Source: a virus (lineage: Duplodnaviria > Caudoviricetes). Taken from it: 27,288 nucleotides of DNA. Shown piece after piece: positions 26,455-27,288 of the stretch. How positions within the stretch are numbered: the first letter of the stretch is position 1; every line of letters starts with the position of its first letter. Both the position numbers and the translations under genes were made by a program. The stretch lies in IMG/VR virus record IMGVR_UViG_3300034061_000103, positions 1 through 27,288 of that record; one strand, written 5' to 3'. Below the pieces are notes generated by a model. It did no database searches. It saw only the letters and a program-made list of their open reading frames with translations, and had not been told where the DNA came from.

Positions 26455-27213
26455 TTAAGAAAATGAAACTTTACCAATTTTTATTTGTTCCTCAAAAAAT
26501 AAAGCTACGGCAACTGCTCGAGCCTGGTTCTTTAACCATTGTTCAGTCCATTCGTCTCGGTATTGCTTTGCGCTTATTATGTCCATTTTATTAGCTTTGT
26601 AGGTGATAATTTCCATTAGTTTCTTTTTAGCAACCGCTCCATCTTCTTTTGTCCATACCTTGATGCCCGTACTATTAAGCTTTGTAAATACGCTTAGTGG
26701 ATTAAACAACCTATCAAAAGTTCGGTTTTCTAAAAGCTTATATTCTTGGTAAGAGTAATCAATTATCTCTAAATCGGTAAGATGTGGGATTGCTTCAACT
26801 CGTTCTTGTGGCATCATTTTTCTTACTTCGTTTGCTTTTTTCTTGTACCTATCCATTACCTGACTAAAGTATGCAGGGCTAAAGTTTTGATAATGGTCTA
26901 TAAAGTCATTGGCTACCATTTGCTTAAACGCTACTTTAACCTCGTTTATTGTAAAGTTTCCGTACTCGGTCCTTATCCAATCTTCTAAAATTGCCAACTT
27001 AACATCTCCAGGATTGTTAATACCTACAAGCTGCATAAGGTAAATAAGGTTCTGCTTAAATATGGTAGAGTTTATGTTCCTCATTCGTTCCCCCGAAAAG
27101 GCGGTCATAATCTCCTGCTCCATAGGAAGTAGAGTGGATATAGTTGTAGTTTTTAAGGTTTTCGAGTTCGTTTTTATCAAGCTTTCGTTGATTGTTTGTA
27201 GTTCCTTTTGCAT
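26455..27213 (-). CDS. Hypothetical replication-associated protein (possible helicase loader-like)
   Basis: 252 aa directly after the initiator-like gene; YGNFTINEVKVAF...YQNFSPAYF.QVM..Y pattern; function inferred from position only. Confidence 0.5.
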   Translation of the reverse strand: MQKELQTINESLIKTNSKTLKTTTISTLLPMEQEIMTAFSGERMRNINSTIFKQNLIYLMQLVGINNPGDVKLAILEDWIRTEYGNFTINEVKVAFKQMVANDFIDHYQNFSPAYFSQVMDRYKKKANEVRKMMPQERVEAIPHLTDLEIIDYSYQEYKLLENRTFDRLFNPLSVFTKLNSTGIKVWTKEDGAVAKKKLMEIITYKANKMDIISAKQYRDEWTEQWLKNQARAVAVALFFEEQIKIGKVSFS

Positions 27214-27288
27214 ATTGTTTAGAGTTTATTAACCAAGTATTTGCTGCGTGTGTCCAACTTTTCATAGGGTTTTTCCCTACTTTCCACC
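27056..27288 (-). CDS. C-terminus of a phage replication initiator-like protein (5' end outside the window)
   Basis: Frame is open to the window edge: WKVGKNPMKSWTHAANTW resembles the GW.VGKN.MKDW.AA..TW motif recalled from phage replication proteins. Confidence 0.65.
   Translation of the reverse strand, partial: WKVGKNPMKSWTHAANTWLINSKQYAKGTTNNQRKLDKNELENLKNYNYIHSTSYGAGDYDRLFGGTNEEHKLYHI

Noticed and set aside
1317-26988. All plus-strand ORFs in the track (e.g. 2082..2546, 10626..10949, 22155..22481)
   Set aside because: They are antisense shadows of well-supported minus-strand genes and show no recognisable motifs.
1-27288. Stop-codon reassignment, CRISPR array, diversity-generating retroelement, intron/intein, integrase or att site
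   Set aside because: Genes are full-length under the standard code; no repeat-spacer array, reverse transcriptase, interrupted terL or capsid gene, or recombinase was seen. Lifestyle cannot be determined from this window.

Overview
A 27.3-kb segment of a tailed dsDNA phage genome, probably a siphovirus-like phage of a Bacteroidota host (AT-rich leaders, TAnnTTTG promoter element). Every credible gene is on the minus strand. In transcription order: replication genes, VRR-NUC, an ECF-like sigma factor, a DNA methyltransferase, an LpxA-like acyltransferase and two glycosyltransferases, HNH, ParB-like protein, a Mom-family adenine-modifying enzyme, small and large terminase, a promoter-led cassette of tiny membrane ORFs, a frameshifted tail chaperone pair, tail genes, tape measure, prohead protease, scaffold, major capsid, tail tube, portal, head-tail joining genes and a tail fibre with an S74 chaperone domain. 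The most interesting signal is a non-canonical tRNA-Gly-like cloverleaf (20182..20254) overlapping the stop codon of the mom-like gene. It keeps the glycyl-tRNA synthetase identity elements but has lost features needed for translation, so it may be a dedicated glycine donor for DNA hypermodification. Other signals are a -1 slippery site joining the chaperone ORFs, a recurrent candidate late-promoter motif (WATATTTA), a portal with HTH and Cys-motif extensions, and several small ORFs missing from the ORF track. All calls come from motif recognition and gene context; no searches were run.
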